From the NCBI RefSeq assembly GCF_057098645.1, contig NZ_CM169472.1: a stretch of DNA of 64,000 bases; one strand, given 5' to 3'. Of the stretch, positions 21,300 to 33,090 are shown piece by piece; the first letter of the stretch is position 1; each line of letters opens with the position of its first letter. Position numbers and translations under genes: made by a program. Under the pieces are notes generated by a model, which made no database searches, had not been told where the DNA came from, and worked only from the letters and a program-made list of their open reading frames with translations.

Positions 21300-21778
21300 A
21301 ATCCGGGTACTCCGGTACGCTTCTCAGCGAGAAAATAGGCGCGGCTGTTAGCATGAACATTATCACTGGCGAGCAGCGCGTCCGACGTCAGCCAGCGGTA
21401 ATCGTCATGCTGCTCATCCGGCAGTAACAGCTCTTCTTCCGCTACCGTGAAGCGAAAACCGAGCACCACATAGTGAGTGGTGAAATCCGTGCCAGAGAAG
21501 TTATCGTCATAAAAGTGCTGCCAGACACCGTAAAACTGGCCTGCTGTTATCGGCAGACGCAGCCCCAGTTCCGCCATCGTCAGCCGCTCAAATGCGGCCT
21601 CCAGCGTTTCGTCTTTCTGCACGCGCCCTCCCGGCACAAACCAGTAACCCTGCGCCGGGCGGTTGGTTCTTTTGCCAAGCAGAAACTCGCCGCGACTGTT
21701 CTCGACAATAAAGTCGAGAGAGACAAGCGGGGTGGAGCGCACTACCGTGGCAAAGTCTTCCTGACGTAAAAACATCAT
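21296..21778 (-). CDS. gmm: GDP-mannose mannosyl hydrolase (Nudix), Gmm/WcaH
   Basis: 160 aa; Nudix box [22 protein letters not shown]. Confidence 0.9.
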
Positions 21779-22743
21779 TACCCCCGAAAGCGGTCTTGAT
21801 TCTCAAGGAACCACTGGTAAGTGCTGGCAAGCCCCGCTTCCAGTGAGATTTCGTGATACCAGCCAAGCTGATGCAGGCGCGTCACATCCAGCAGTTTGCG
21901 CGGCGTACCATCCGGTTTGCTGGCATCAAAAACCACCCGACCTTTGTAACCCACCACTTTGGCGATGGTTTGCGCCAGCTCGCGGATAGTGCAGTCAACG
22001 CCCGTACCAACGTTAATGTGCGACAGCATCGGCTGGGTGTTCTCCAGCCAGACTTCATGCGCCAGCTCCATCACATGAATGCTCGCCGCCGCCATGTCAT
22101 CGACGTGCAGGAATTCACGCATCGGTGTACCGCTGCCCCATACCACCACGTCCGGCGCATTCTGTGCCGTCGCCTCGTGGAAGCGACGCAGCAATGCTGG
22201 GATCACATGCGAGTTACTCGGGTGGAAGTTGTCATGCGGCCCGTACAGGTTGGTCGGCATGACAGAGCGGTAATCGCGTCCATACTGGCGGTTGTATGAT
22301 TCGCACAGTTTGATCCCGGCGATTTTGGCAATGGCGTAAGACTCGTTGGTCGGCTCCAGCGTGCCCTGCAATAACTCGCTTTCTGCCATCGGCTGTTTTG
22401 CCAGTTTCGGGTAGATACAGGACGATCCAAGAAACAGCAGTTTGTTCACGTCGTTCTGATGCGCGGCGTGAATGATGTTGCTCTCAATCATCATGTTCTG
22501 GTAGATGAAATCCGCCGGATAGGTGTTGTTGGCAACAATGCCGCCCACTTTCGCCGCCGCCAGATAGACCTGGTCAATGCGTTCGCTGGCAAAGAAATCA
22601 TGCACCGCGCGGCTGTCCAGCAGGTTCAGCTCGTCGCGGGTGCGTAATACCAGTTCCACATCACCGCGCTGTTCGAGCTGCCGCGTGATGGCGGAACCGA
22701 CCATTCCGCGATGGCCAGCGATAAAAATGCGTTGTCTACTCAT
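21778..22743 (-). CDS. fcl: GDP-L-fucose synthase Fcl (WcaG)
   Basis: 321 aa; SDR-fold NAD(P)-binding N-terminus [14 protein letters not shown]. Confidence 0.93.
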   Translation of the reverse strand: MSRQRIFIAGHRGMVGSAITRQLEQRGDVELVLRTRDELNLLDSRAVHDFFASERIDQVYLAAAKVGGIVANNTYPADFIYQNMMIESNIIHAAHQNDVNKLLFLGSSCIYPKLAKQPMAESELLQGTLEPTNESYAIAKIAGIKLCESYNRQYGRDYRSVMPTNLYGPHDNFHPSNSHVIPALLRRFHEATAQNAPDVVVWGSGTPMREFLHVDDMAAASIHVMELAHEVWLENTQPMLSHINVGTGVDCTIRELAQTIAKVVGYKGRVVFDASKPDGTPRKLLDVTRLHQLGWYHEISLEAGLASTYQWFLENQDRFRG

Positions 22744-22745
22744 GC

Positions 22746-23867
22746 TTATGACTCCAGCGCGATCGCCACGTCGTAGCCGTGAGATTTCAGCAGAGAGTGT
22801 TTTTTCGCCGCTTCGAGGTCATTAGCCACCATTTCAGACACCATCTCTCTGAGGGTGATTTCCGGTTTCCAGCCCAGTTTTTCGTGCGCTTTGGTCGGGT
22901 CGCCGAGCAGCGTTTCAACTTCCGCCGGACGGAAGTAACGCGGGTCAACGGCGATAATCACATCGCCCGGTTTAACGCCCGGCGCGTCATGCCCGGTGAC
23001 GGAAACCACAATGCCCTTCTCTTCAACGCCCGTGCCTTCAAAGCGCAGTTTGATGCCCAGCTGTGCTGCCGCCATTTCCACGAACTGACGTACGGAGTAC
23101 TGAACGCCGGTCGCGATAACGAAATCTTCTGGCTGTTCCTGTTGCAGCATCATCCACTGCATTTTTACGTAGTCTTTGGCGTGGCCCCAGTCACGCAGGG
23201 AATCCATATTGCCGAGGTACAGACACGACTCCAGCCCCTGGGCGATGTTGGCGATTGCGCGGGTGATTTTGCGGGTAACGAAGGTTTCGCCGCGGCGCGG
23301 GGATTCATGGTTGAAGAGAATACCGTTACAGGCGTACATGCCGTAGGATTCGCGGTAGTTAACGGTGATCCAGTAGGCATACAGTTTGGCGACCGCATAC
23401 GGAGATCGCGGGTAGAACGGCGTGGTTTCTTTCTGCGGAATTTCCTGCACCAGACCGTACAGTTCAGAGGTGGAAGCCTGATAGAAACGGGTTTTCTTTT
23501 CCAGACCGAGGAAGCGGATCGCCTCCAGCAGGCGCAGCGTACCCATCGCGTCGACGTCAGCGGTATATTCCGGTGACTCAAAAGAAACCGCAACGTGGCT
23601 CATTGCGCCCAGGTTGTACACTTCATCCGGCTGCACTTCACGCAAAATGCGCGTCAGGTTGGAGGTATCACTCAGGTCGCCATAATGCAGATGGAATTTC
23701 GGGTTGCAGGTGTGCGGATCCTGATAAATGTGATCCACGCGCTCGGTGTTGAATGACGATGCACGACGCTTAATACCATGCACCTCGTAACCTTTTTCCA
23801 GCAGAAACTCTGCCAGGTAAGAACCGTCTTGTCCGGTTACACCGGTGATGAGAGCGACTTTTGACAT
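22746..23867 (-). CDS. gmd: GDP-mannose 4,6-dehydratase Gmd
   Basis: 373 aa; [27 protein letters not shown]. Confidence 0.95.
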
Positions 23868-23894
23868 GTCTTATTCCTCTGTATTTTTTTGAAT

Positions 23895-24443
23895 TTATTT
23901 AGTTTCAACGCGTTCGCGTATCACCACTGCGGGATTCCCCCGGCAAACCACATTTGCCGGAAGCGATTTAAAAACACTGCTTCGTGCACCCACGACGGTG
24001 CCGTCGCCAATCGTGACGCCAGGGGCAACAAAAACATCGGTTGCCAGCCAGCATTTCTCGCCAATCACAATAGGCGTGGCATTAATGGTGAAATGTTGAC
24101 TTGCATGGTCGTGGCTACCGGTGCATAAATAACTTTTTTGCGATATCACCGAATGTGCGCCAATGGTTATTTCACCGAGGGTATATAAATTGACGTCATC
24201 GCCGACCCACGCGTAATCACCTAAGGTTAATTTCCACGGATAGGTAATTTTTACTGACGGACGAATAACTACGTTTTTTCCTATTTTTGCGCCGAATAAA
24301 CGTAATAAAAAAGCCCGCCAGCGATACAATACTTGTGGCGACCAGGCAAATATTGTTGCCTGTACTGCCCACCATAATTGCACTTTAATAGCGTTGCCGC
24401 CCCGGAACCCTTTCGGCACCGAGAAACCGCTTAAATCTTGCAT
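23895..24443 (-). CDS. wcaF: Colanic-acid acetyltransferase WcaF (hexapeptide repeat)
   Basis: 182 aa; left-handed beta-helix repeats; conserved position. Confidence 0.88.
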   Translation of the reverse strand: MQDLSGFSVPKGFRGGNAIKVQLWWAVQATIFAWSPQVLYRWRAFLLRLFGAKIGKNVVIRPSVKITYPWKLTLGDYAWVGDDVNLYTLGEITIGAHSVISQKSYLCTGSHDHASQHFTINATPIVIGEKCWLATDVFVAPGVTIGDGTVVGARSSVFKSLPANVVCRGNPAVVIRERVETK

Positions 24444-24458
24444 CGTTTTCCCTTATAT

Positions 24459-25205
24459 TCAGCTTTTGTTATATAAGGCTTTCGTCTTTGAGGTAGTACG
24501 TTGGCGTAAATGCCAGGATAATTCTGCCCAGAAGCCAGGCACATGTAATATTTGCCGTTGGACTTTTTTCGCGTCAGCACACAATTCCATATTATTGGTG
24601 GTAGATACCCCACCCATAGAAAATTCAGACACCAGGCCATTGAGTTTTTTAAATGCATAACCTGCTTTATACATTTTGGCTGCCAGCGCGTAATCAGAAG
24701 AAACTTTATATTCCAGGTCATAACGCCATTTTTTCAAACCGGATACCGGGAAAAATATCGCCTGATGACTGGCGGGCAGGCTGTGATAAATATACCAACC
24801 CGGTTTGGCGCTACGTTTAATTTTATGCCCGTCGCCAAAATCCAGCAGCGCATCGCCGGTGATCATCACGTTATCTTTTTGCATTTTTAACTTACGGACA
24901 AAATATGCGGCATCCTGATGAAAAATATCGCCCGAGTTGAGAAACAACGCGAACTTGCCTTGTGCCATCGCAATGCCCTTGTTCATGGCGTCGTAGATAC
25001 CGTTATCTGGCTCGCTGACAAAGCGTAGGTTATAGATACCATTGAGATTTTCCAGATACTCACGGGTGCCGTCATTGGAGCCGCCATCGACAACAATCCA
25101 TTCGAAGCTGATATCGTCCGCCTGCGCCAGATGCGCCAGCGAGGCATGTGTTTTGACTATCCCTTCGAGGTTACGAAACGCGACAGTGATTATGCTAAGC
25201 AACAT
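24459..25205 (-). CDS. wcaE: Colanic-acid glycosyltransferase WcaE (GT2)
   Basis: 248 aa; GT2-like with DxD region ([10 protein letters not shown]). Confidence 0.88.
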   Translation of the reverse strand: MLLSIITVAFRNLEGIVKTHASLAHLAQADDISFEWIVVDGGSNDGTREYLENLNGIYNLRFVSEPDNGIYDAMNKGIAMAQGKFALFLNSGDIFHQDAAYFVRKLKMQKDNVMITGDALLDFGDGHKIKRSAKPGWYIYHSLPASHQAIFFPVSGLKKWRYDLEYKVSSDYALAAKMYKAGYAFKKLNGLVSEFSMGGVSTTNNMELCADAKKVQRQILHVPGFWAELSWHLRQRTTSKTKALYNKS

Positions 25206-25215
25206 GTTCTTATTC

Positions 25216-26433
25216 TTACCTCGTAATATTTAACGCTTTTCGCAAAATAAACGGACAGACGATTAAAAATGCATATTCCGGGCTAAATATCGAACCGGTA
25301 AAAAACAGCGATACCGGAGTAAAAAGATATAATTGCACGCGAAAATTGCGGTTATCACCAAAAGCGTTGATCATCATTTTTATCACTTTCCCCATGTACC
25401 ACAGCGATAAAAACACCGCGAACCAGGAAAAATAAATAATCAGCAGATACAAACCATTGTCTATGGTTTTTCCGACATCCGCACCGTTAAATATTCCGAA
25501 TGATGCGACATATTCATAAAGTGAGCCAAATCTGACTACACCGTCAATATGGGTCAAAGAATAACCGACCATCACCAGCGGACCGACAATACGATAATAC
25601 GATGACGATCCTTCCGTACCTAAATCGCCCAGACGGGTGGAAATATAAGGAAACGCGATTACCACACCAACCAGGAATACAGCCAGAGAAATCAATGCTA
25701 ACGGTAACCTTTTCTTAATCGCCTCTTTATTCAGATATTGGAATGCCCACTCCAGCAAATAAAACAGGATAAAGGTCATAACCCCTGAAAACGATCCGGA
25801 TAATATTATCCCTGCGAGAATCATAGCATCGGTTTTAGGCGTTTTGATACCAAACTGTTTGATGCTGAGCCAAATTGAGATTAATGCCAGAGCGAAAAAT
25901 GCCGGTTCGAAATAAAGTGCTGTCGTGCGCTTGCCGCCGAATTTAATGAAATTCAGTACATAGCTGTTGCTGTAAATCAGATATTTCGAAATCGACTCCA
26001 TAATACTGCTGCCACCGGTGAGGATAATTTGCGCCATCTCCACCGCCGCCAGCGCCACCACCAGCCCGACCACCAGATAAAAGAAACGTAATATCTTGCG
26101 ATGGTTGTGTGGCGAAATCGTTTTAAAGCGAATACTCCACACCATGCCAATAATGATCACAATATAGACAAACAGCATGGTTGAAGTGACGTATTTACTG
26201 GCATCCAACGACTGACCAAACAGGTAGTTAAACGCCGTGAGTCCCGCACCAATCCCTAAGGCAATAATCAATTTTTTAACGCTGATGCGTTCTAAAAACA
26301 GCAGTAATAAGACAGGTAAAAAAGTGACGATGGTGATGGGGAAACTTTCGCCAAGCTGGGCGATTTTGACGTTAACCAGCAGGTAGATCAGCGGCAGCAG
26401 CAGGTAGCTACAGATTCTGATAGAAGTTGACAT
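25216..26433 (-). CDS. wcaD: Colanic-acid polymerase WcaD
   Basis: 405 aa polytopic membrane protein from ATG 26431-26433; track ORF extends 24 codons upstream into wcaC. Confidence 0.88.
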   Translation of the reverse strand: MSTSIRICSYLLLPLIYLLVNVKIAQLGESFPITIVTFLPVLLLLFLERISVKKLIIALGIGAGLTAFNYLFGQSLDASKYVTSTMLFVYIVIIIGMVWSIRFKTISPHNHRKILRFFYLVVGLVVALAAVEMAQIILTGGSSIMESISKYLIYSNSYVLNFIKFGGKRTTALYFEPAFFALALISIWLSIKQFGIKTPKTDAMILAGIILSGSFSGVMTFILFYLLEWAFQYLNKEAIKKRLPLALISLAVFLVGVVIAFPYISTRLGDLGTEGSSSYYRIVGPLVMVGYSLTHIDGVVRFGSLYEYVASFGIFNGADVGKTIDNGLYLLIIYFSWFAVFLSLWYMGKVIKMMINAFGDNRNFRVQLYLFTPVSLFFTGSIFSPEYAFLIVCPFILRKALNITR

Positions 26434-27625
26434 ACTCCTCCAGCATCTGTTGTCCACTGTAGGCGGCGCGGCTGCGTTGGCTGAACTCAGCCAGCGTGGT
26501 ACCAAATATCGCCTGCGCGATTTCCGGTTTGCTTAACTGCACCAGTTGCAGCACGTCTTCTTCGCTGACGGTTTTACCGCCGGATTTTTGCAGCACTTCC
26601 CGCGCCGCGTCGCTATGGGTGGCAATCACCGGCACGCCAATCGATAGCGCCTCACACAAAATCAGCGGGTAGTTATCGACGCGAGAACTGAACACCAGCG
26701 CATCCATCTGATTGAGCGCGCTCATCAACTTGCGCTTGTCAGTTTCAAAGCCGTGATTAACCACGTTGCCAGCGGTGAACGGCGAGAACTTACCAAAGGT
26801 ATGCAGTTCGATTTTATCGCCCAGCGCCATCATCTCACGCACCAGTTGCTGGTTAGTCTTGCCGTCGTAACGCAGGTCATGCGCCACCACCGCGATTTTC
26901 GGCTTGCCCTGGGTTTCGCGTACCGGAGGCAAGTCCGCCAGAATCGCTTCTGTTGCCACATCAATACCATTATTGATAATCCGGCAACGCCCTGGACCGT
27001 ACAGACTATTGAAAGCGTCAGCCACATGCTGGCTGGGGGAAATAAACTGACAGCCCAGTGCCAGCATCTCGCGGAATAACTGGCGTTTGCCCGCCACCAG
27101 CTGGTGCGCCCGATCAATCTTCACCGGCGGATAGTTATTTAAGGTCGGGCATTTCTGGCAGCCCGTTTTCCAGCCTTCGCAACCGTCGGTAAAGGCGCAG
27201 CGTCCGGTAACGCTCCAGTGATCGTGCAGCGTCCAGACCAGAGTGGCGTCCGGTTTATGGTTTTTCACCTTTTCGCAAAAGCGCACCACGCTGTTAAGAT
27301 TCAACCAGTAGCTGTGCAGCACATGAAAATGCAGGACCACCGGACCCGGTGTGCGAGTAATGGTGCGATATAACTCATTGAAATTGCCGAACAGATCGCG
27401 ATTAAACAGACGAAACAGGGCAATATTCGCCATCGCGGTCATCCGCGGCGTATGTTTGATGACCTGCGGATAGTTCTGATGGCTGACGCTCTCTTTGCCG
27501 CCTTTGCCGTAGCCATAGACAAAATGTGACGCCAGCCCCTGTTGCAGCGCACGCTGGTGGAGATCTAACGCCACACCTGCTGCCCCGCCTTCCGCCAGTC
27601 GCACATTAAATTGCAAAATATTCAT
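26408..27625 (-). CDS. wcaC: Colanic-acid glycosyltransferase WcaC (GT4)
   Basis: 405 aa; conserved position. Confidence 0.9.
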   Translation of the reverse strand: MNILQFNVRLAEGGAAGVALDLHQRALQQGLASHFVYGYGKGGKESVSHQNYPQVIKHTPRMTAMANIALFRLFNRDLFGNFNELYRTITRTPGPVVLHFHVLHSYWLNLNSVVRFCEKVKNHKPDATLVWTLHDHWSVTGRCAFTDGCEGWKTGCQKCPTLNNYPPVKIDRAHQLVAGKRQLFREMLALGCQFISPSQHVADAFNSLYGPGRCRIINNGIDVATEAILADLPPVRETQGKPKIAVVAHDLRYDGKTNQQLVREMMALGDKIELHTFGKFSPFTAGNVVNHGFETDKRKLMSALNQMDALVFSSRVDNYPLILCEALSIGVPVIATHSDAAREVLQKSGGKTVSEEDVLQLVQLSKPEIAQAIFGTTLAEFSQRSRAAYSGQQMLEEYVNFYQNL

Positions 27626-28110
27626 TTAATTACCTTCACTCGCGCTTTTTCTCCCACCACCAGCGCGTTGTCCGGGACAGAGTCGAGCACCACGCTGCCC
27701 GCGCCCACGGTGACGTTGTTACCAAGCGTGATATCACCAAGAATAATGACGTTGGCACCGAGTTCGACGCCGTTGCCAATGTGTGGACATGCCATGTTAT
27801 CGGCACCACGATTGCCGATAGTGACGCCGTGGCGAATGGTGAAATCATCCCCCGCTACCACGTTTTTATTGATCACTACGGCGTAACCGTGATGGATAGT
27901 AAAGCGGCGGCCAATGGTCGCGGCTGCCTGGATTTCATAACCGAAAAAGCATTCGGTGATAATGCGATACAGCACCAGCAGCGGGGCCGCCCACAGATTG
28001 TTGAGGACGTTCTTTTTGCGCCACACCGAACAAAAATGAGCGACGCGATAGGCAAGAACCATGCAGCACGGGCGTAAACTCCAGCTGTTGGCGCGTAGAT
28101 CTTCCAGCAT
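27622..28110 (-). CDS. wcaB: Colanic-acid acetyltransferase WcaB (serine acetyltransferase-like)
   Basis: 162 aa hexapeptide-repeat protein. Confidence 0.9.
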   Translation of the reverse strand: MLEDLRANSWSLRPCCMVLAYRVAHFCSVWRKKNVLNNLWAAPLLVLYRIITECFFGYEIQAAATIGRRFTIHHGYAVVINKNVVAGDDFTIRHGVTIGNRGADNMACPHIGNGVELGANVIILGDITLGNNVTVGAGSVVLDSVPDNALVVGEKARVKVIK

Positions 28111-28112
28111 CT

Positions 28113-28952
28113 TTAGCGCCCCCGAATACCATCAGCCAGACGTTTGCCGTTACGCACCGACAGCAGCGTCAGCAAAGTGCGCCAGGTCATACGTTTATTG
28201 CGGATCTGGTAGAGGGTAAACAGCTGATATTTTTTACTGGCACGGTCGAATTTGTCTTTGTGCTTGCGGTAAAAGTGGAAGTATCCGGAGAATTTTTTCG
28301 GTGACGAGGTGATCTGCATTTCACCGTGATTGATATGCAGGATCTGCGTCGCCTCTTCCACTTTCCACGGTTCGCCGTACTCCACCACCATCCGCAGGAA
28401 GATGTCGTAATCCTGTGCTGCTTTCAGTTCGGTATCGAACAAACACTCTTTGAAACGCCATGCCCAGGTAAAGACCTGATTGCCAATGATATTGCGTTTA
28501 TAGAACAGGCGGCGTGAGTACGGCGATTTGGGATACAGTGGTAAGCTTGCCGGTTGGGAATAAACTTCTCCCTGGCAAACGTAGTCGTTAGCGTACAAAA
28601 AGGCGTGTGTGACCAGTTGCTGTTTATGGGCGAGGAAGACGCTCAGGCGGTTGGGCGTCCATTCATCATCATCATCGATCCCGGTGATGTATTCCCCTTG
28701 CGCCAGCATAATCGCCTGGTTACGTACCGCGCACGCCCCGCTGTTAATGTCGTTGTGAATGTAGGTGATACGCGGATCGTTGAGGGCGGTGACGTACTGT
28801 TGCAGCTGTTCCCAGGAGGTGGAGCAATCATCCACGATGATCATCTCCCAGTTGCTGTAGTCCTGGCGCAAGACCGATTTTATCGCCCGAATCGCCAGTT
28901 GTTGGCGGTTCCAGGTCGGCATATAGATTGAGATCAGCGGATTGTCTTTCAT
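28113..28952 (-). CDS. wcaA: Colanic-acid glycosyltransferase WcaA (GT2)
   Basis: 279 aa; GT2 fold with DDxxxxxD (IIVDDCS...DDDDEW). Confidence 0.9.
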   Translation of the reverse strand: MKDNPLISIYMPTWNRQQLAIRAIKSVLRQDYSNWEMIIVDDCSTSWEQLQQYVTALNDPRITYIHNDINSGACAVRNQAIMLAQGEYITGIDDDDEWTPNRLSVFLAHKQQLVTHAFLYANDYVCQGEVYSQPASLPLYPKSPYSRRLFYKRNIIGNQVFTWAWRFKECLFDTELKAAQDYDIFLRMVVEYGEPWKVEEATQILHINHGEMQITSSPKKFSGYFHFYRKHKDKFDRASKKYQLFTLYQIRNKRMTWRTLLTLLSVRNGKRLADGIRGR

Positions 28953-29014
28953 AGGTTGTTCTCCCGGAGTGTCGAGATGTTCTGCCGGTTTATAAGCTTG
29001 TTTACGGGTTCTGT

Positions 29015-29120
29015 TGCCGGATGCGGCGTGAGCGCCTTATCCGGCCTACGGAGCTGGTTTGCTTGCCGGATGCGGCGTGAGCGTAGGTCGGATAAGATGC
29101 GTCAGCATCGCATCCGACAG
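29015..29120. repeat. REP/BIME elements between wcaA and wzc
   Basis: Two copies of tgccggatgcggcgtgagcg with the ccttatccggcctac / taggtcggataag REP cores. Confidence 0.8.
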
Positions 29121-29129
29121 CGGATGTCG

Positions 29130-31292
29130 TTATTTCGCATCCGACTTATATTCGTATTCGTAATAGCCATAATCCTGATACGCGCTGGCGCGGCGGAAGA
29201 TGGAGTTCAGAATCACCCCTTTCACCGGAATACCGTTTTGCTCAAAGCGGCTCAGACTGGTTTCCACTTCTTTCAATGTGTTGACCGCATAACGCGCCAC
29301 CATTAACGTGGTTCCAACATGACGACCAACAATTGCCGCATCGGTCACTGCCAGAATCGGCGGCGTATCAATCAACACCAGGTTATAGTTTTTACTCGCC
29401 CAGTTCACCAGTTCGGCAAAGCGTTCGCTCATCAACAGTTCAGAAGGATTTGGCGGTACCTGACCGCGCGGGATCAGGTCAAATTTGGCAATAGAGGTCG
29501 GTTTAGCAGCGGTAGTAATATCGCCCTGACCAATCAGAATTTCCGACAGGCCATTGACGTTATTAGTGCCCAACAGCTCGTGGGTGTAGCCTTTGCGCAT
29601 ATCGCAGTCGATCAACAACACCCGTTTATTGGTCTGACTGATCACCGCCGCCAGGTTGGCGCAGACAAAGGTTTTACCGATTGACGGGCTAACCCCTGTC
29701 ATCATCAACACATTGTTCTGCGCCTGCATCATCGCGAAGTGCAGACTGGTACGCAGACTGCGGATGGCTTCAATCGCCAGATCGGTTGGATTCCCCAACG
29801 CCAGTAGCTGGCTCTGCTTATAGCGTTTAACCCCTTTGATGGTTTTGACGCTATCGCGCGCTTTCTGCCACTCCGACAGCGGGATGCTGGCATAGACGCT
29901 GATACCGTGTTCTTCCAGCACCTGCGGGCTTTCGATGCCGCGATTAAACAACGAGCGCAGCAGCACACCCACGATAGAGAGCATCAGGCCAAGGATAATC
30001 GCGCCGAGGATAATCAGCCCTTTCTTCGGTTTTAGCACGCCAGGCTGGGTGATTGCCGGGTCAACAATGCGCACATCGCCGACGGTGCTGGCTTCGGTGA
30101 TTTTCAGCTCCTGCTCTTTATTCAGCAGTTGCATATAGACCTGCTGACCAGACTCGACATCGCGGGTCAGACGGACAATTTCCTGCTGGGTTTTCGGCAT
30201 CGCCGTTACGCGACCGTTAAGTTTGGCTTTTTCGTCTTCCAGCGCCTGCCGTTTCTCCAGCAGCGTGCGATACGCCGGGTGAACTTTGGTGTACAGCTTG
30301 GAGATTTCCGCTTCTTTAAAGGTCAGTTCGTTCAATTGTGCGTCGATGTTCACCATCGAATCGAGCACCGCTTTCGCTTCCAGCGGCAGATCAACAGAAT
30401 CTTGATCCTGACGGAAGGCATTCAGTTTGTTTTCGGCAACATCGAGGCGGCTACGTACTTCCGGTAACTGTTGCGCGAGGAAAGCGAGGCTTTTCGACGC
30501 TTCCGCCGATTTGCGCTCAATATTTTGTTCCTGATAGTTACGGGCGATGCTGTTAAGAATGTCGCGGATCTGTTCGCGATCTTCACCGGTATAAGTCAGG
30601 CTCAAAACGCCTGCGTCTTTGCCGTTCTCCGTTACCGTCAGGCTGTTTTGCAGTTGGTTGATCATCCCCAGCGTGGAGTATTTGGTGACGGTAAACTCAC
30701 TGCCCGGGCGGGCGTGAATAGCTTCAACCATCAGCGTGACGCCTTCTTTTGTCAGCATCTGGCCCGCTTGCCCACGGGCGCTAAAGCCGCCATCACTGCT
30801 CAGAGTGTAGTTTTTGTCATCCAGCACATTAAGCGTAAACACCTGGTCCGCCATCTCTTTCGGGCGGTTAAAGGTGGTCACTTTCACCGTCTCGTTCTGA
30901 CGTCCCATCAGGCGATCCCAACCCGCACCGAAAATCGGGAACGTGTTTTTGCTCACCGCAATATCGAGGTCTAGATCGTCCACCGTTTTACCAAGCACCA
31001 GACGCGAACGAATCAACTGGATCTCGGCATCCGATGCTGGCGGTTTATTGGCTAATGCCGATCCGATATCCTGCACTAACGAATTGCCGCTGCTTTGCTC
31101 GATTTGTACCAGTGCGTCGGCACTGTATATCGGCGTGGCGAAGAAGGTGTAAACCACAGCACAGAGGGCGAATACGGCGGTGATGCCAATCACCCACCAG
31201 CGCGCTTCAATGACGGTGCCGACCAGGCGACCAATATCGATTTCATCACTGCCCGTTACCGGAGCGGCATGTTGTTTTACTTTTTCTGTCAT
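29130..31292 (-). CDS. wzc: Tyrosine autokinase / polysaccharide co-polymerase Wzc
   Basis: 720 aa from ATG 31290-31292 (MTEKVKQHAAPVTG...); Walker A (GVSPSIGKT) and C-terminal tyrosine-rich tail YQDYGYYEYEYKSDAK. Confidence 0.93.
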   Translation of the reverse strand: MTEKVKQHAAPVTGSDEIDIGRLVGTVIEARWWVIGITAVFALCAVVYTFFATPIYSADALVQIEQSSGNSLVQDIGSALANKPPASDAEIQLIRSRLVLGKTVDDLDLDIAVSKNTFPIFGAGWDRLMGRQNETVKVTTFNRPKEMADQVFTLNVLDDKNYTLSSDGGFSARGQAGQMLTKEGVTLMVEAIHARPGSEFTVTKYSTLGMINQLQNSLTVTENGKDAGVLSLTYTGEDREQIRDILNSIARNYQEQNIERKSAEASKSLAFLAQQLPEVRSRLDVAENKLNAFRQDQDSVDLPLEAKAVLDSMVNIDAQLNELTFKEAEISKLYTKVHPAYRTLLEKRQALEDEKAKLNGRVTAMPKTQQEIVRLTRDVESGQQVYMQLLNKEQELKITEASTVGDVRIVDPAITQPGVLKPKKGLIILGAIILGLMLSIVGVLLRSLFNRGIESPQVLEEHGISVYASIPLSEWQKARDSVKTIKGVKRYKQSQLLALGNPTDLAIEAIRSLRTSLHFAMMQAQNNVLMMTGVSPSIGKTFVCANLAAVISQTNKRVLLIDCDMRKGYTHELLGTNNVNGLSEILIGQGDITTAAKPTSIAKFDLIPRGQVPPNPSELLMSERFAELVNWASKNYNLVLIDTPPILAVTDAAIVGRHVGTTLMVARYAVNTLKEVETSLSRFEQNGIPVKGVILNSIFRRASAYQDYGYYEYEYKSDAK

Positions 31293-31294
31293 TC

Positions 31295-31738
31295 TTATAC
31301 CTGCTCTGCGTTCAATGCCTGCGCCCACTGGCGGGCAGACCGTTCAAGTAATGTGTACACCGCTGCAAACGTTTCCCGGCTTTTGCGATACGGATCGGGG
31401 ATTTCACATTCGTTATCCCAGTGACCAAACAGCATCACTTTGCCGCGCATCTCAGGTGCCATCTCGCATAAGCGTTCGATATGGCGCTTTTCCATGGTCA
31501 AAATCAGGTCATAGTTGCGACACAGGCGGCGGCTGATTTGCCGTGCACAGTGACCTTCCAGAGACAGTTGATGTTCTGCGGCGACGCTGATAGCGGTAGG
31601 ATCAGCGCCCTTACCGACCAGCGCGCCGAGTCCAGCGGACTCCACTTTCAGTTCCGGGTGATAACGTTGCAGTAAGCGTTCCGCCGTCGGGGAACGGCAA
31701 ATATTGCCGACACAGACAACTAAGATGTTGTTAAACAT
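31295..31738 (-). CDS. wzb: Low-molecular-weight protein-tyrosine phosphatase Wzb
   Basis: 147 aa; CX5R motif VCVGNICRS at N-terminus. Confidence 0.93.
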   Translation of the reverse strand: MFNNILVVCVGNICRSPTAERLLQRYHPELKVESAGLGALVGKGADPTAISVAAEHQLSLEGHCARQISRRLCRNYDLILTMEKRHIERLCEMAPEMRGKVMLFGHWDNECEIPDPYRKSRETFAAVYTLLERSARQWAQALNAEQV

Positions 31739-31743
31739 GACGA

Positions 31744-32883
31744 TTACCAGTTATGAATGTCGCTGGCTGTATCCGTCATGTAACGGACACCGCTAATAGT
31801 TGGCAGCAACTGATTGATCAGACGGTTCCAGCGGGAAACCGGGGCGGTGGTGACATACACCACGTCATAAGGTTGCAGGCGGAATTCTGTCGCCATCACC
31901 AGCGACGTCGCATCGGACATATCCAGCTGGTAGATATTGGCAATCTTGCCATTACGCCCGCCCTCGCCTTTCAGCGGACGAATGACAAAGATGCCGCTGG
32001 CGTTGGAGGTGGTCATGTCGATGCCTTCAGCATTACCCAGGGCTTCAGTCAGGGTCATGCCGCTAAAGTCCATTTTCAGGGTGCTCTGTTTCTTCACTTC
32101 ACCCATCACAAATACTTTCAGATCATCATTACGCGGCACGTAGAGAATATCGCCGGGATAAAGCAGTCGGTTCTGATTGAGGTCGCCGTTTTGCATCAGC
32201 GCCTGCAAAGAAATGCGTTCTTCACGACCATTGTGTGTTAGCACCACGTTGCGCCAGTCAGCGGTGTCGGTCAGGCCACCTGCGGCGTTGATGGCGTCGA
32301 GAATAGTCAGTGGTACGTTGGTGATCGCCTGTTGACCGGATTTATTCACCTGACCTGAGATATAGGCCTTTTGTGAGCGGAAGGCGGCGATATTAACGTC
32401 CACCTGCGGGTCAGCGATGTACGTCGCTAAGCGCCCGGTAATATCACTGCGGATTTCAGCGAGCGTTTTCCCGACTACGTGAACCTTGCCGATATACGGG
32501 TAGAACATGGTGCCGTCAGGCTGTACCCAGTTGCCGGTGTCACTGGAGCTGCGGTACTGACCGGCTGGCGTGGTGAGTTCCGGGTGATCCCAGACGGTGA
32601 CATTAAGAACGTCCCCCGGCCCGACGCGATACTGGTAATTCGCGATCTCGCTTTCCAGCGTCATATTGGGGCGCGCTACGTTGGGTCGTGGACGTAATTG
32701 GTCAATCAGGCGCGGGGTCAACGGATAAACATTCACCATTTTGTCGAGATCGAAATCAGCGTCCTGCTGTTTGATGACGTCTTTGCCCATCGTCGACATA
32801 TTGCTGCCCGGAAGTACTGTGCAACCGCTTATCAAGGTTACTGACACCAATAATGGCATCAATTTCATTTTGGATTTCATCAT
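31744..32883 (-). CDS. wza: Outer-membrane polysaccharide export lipoprotein Wza
   Basis: 379 aa; lipoprotein signal (LISGC); conserved first gene of colanic-acid operon. Confidence 0.93.
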   Translation of the reverse strand: MMKSKMKLMPLLVSVTLISGCTVLPGSNMSTMGKDVIKQQDADFDLDKMVNVYPLTPRLIDQLRPRPNVARPNMTLESEIANYQYRVGPGDVLNVTVWDHPELTTPAGQYRSSSDTGNWVQPDGTMFYPYIGKVHVVGKTLAEIRSDITGRLATYIADPQVDVNIAAFRSQKAYISGQVNKSGQQAITNVPLTILDAINAAGGLTDTADWRNVVLTHNGREERISLQALMQNGDLNQNRLLYPGDILYVPRNDDLKVFVMGEVKKQSTLKMDFSGMTLTEALGNAEGIDMTTSNASGIFVIRPLKGEGGRNGKIANIYQLDMSDATSLVMATEFRLQPYDVVYVTTAPVSRWNRLINQLLPTISGVRYMTDTASDIHNW

Positions 32884-33051
32884 TGTTTATTTATCACTTT
32901 GGCAGAGTAATTATCCTGTGCACTATTAATAGCAATGTCGCCATGCACATTTACCTTGCAGTTAATTGAATACAAATTTAACTGGCATCAGTCCTAAAAA
33001 AATTGATTTCATCCGCAGGCTATTGACAGAATAATTCAGACTGGTCTTTCA

Positions 33052-33090
33052 GGCATCCAGACACGCTACCGCCCCTGGCTTTTTAGCTAC
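33052..33090 (-). promoter_or_regulatory. JUMPstart element with ops (GGCGGTAGCGTG on minus strand at 33062-33073) upstream of wza
   Basis: Exact ops 12-mer; about 180 bp upstream of the wza start. Confidence 0.85.

Noticed and set aside
20421-23576. Plus-strand ORFs of 265-279 aa antisense to wcaI and gmd (20421-21260, 22779-23576)
   Set aside because: Antisense artefacts within strongly conserved genes; no RBS and no domain signature.
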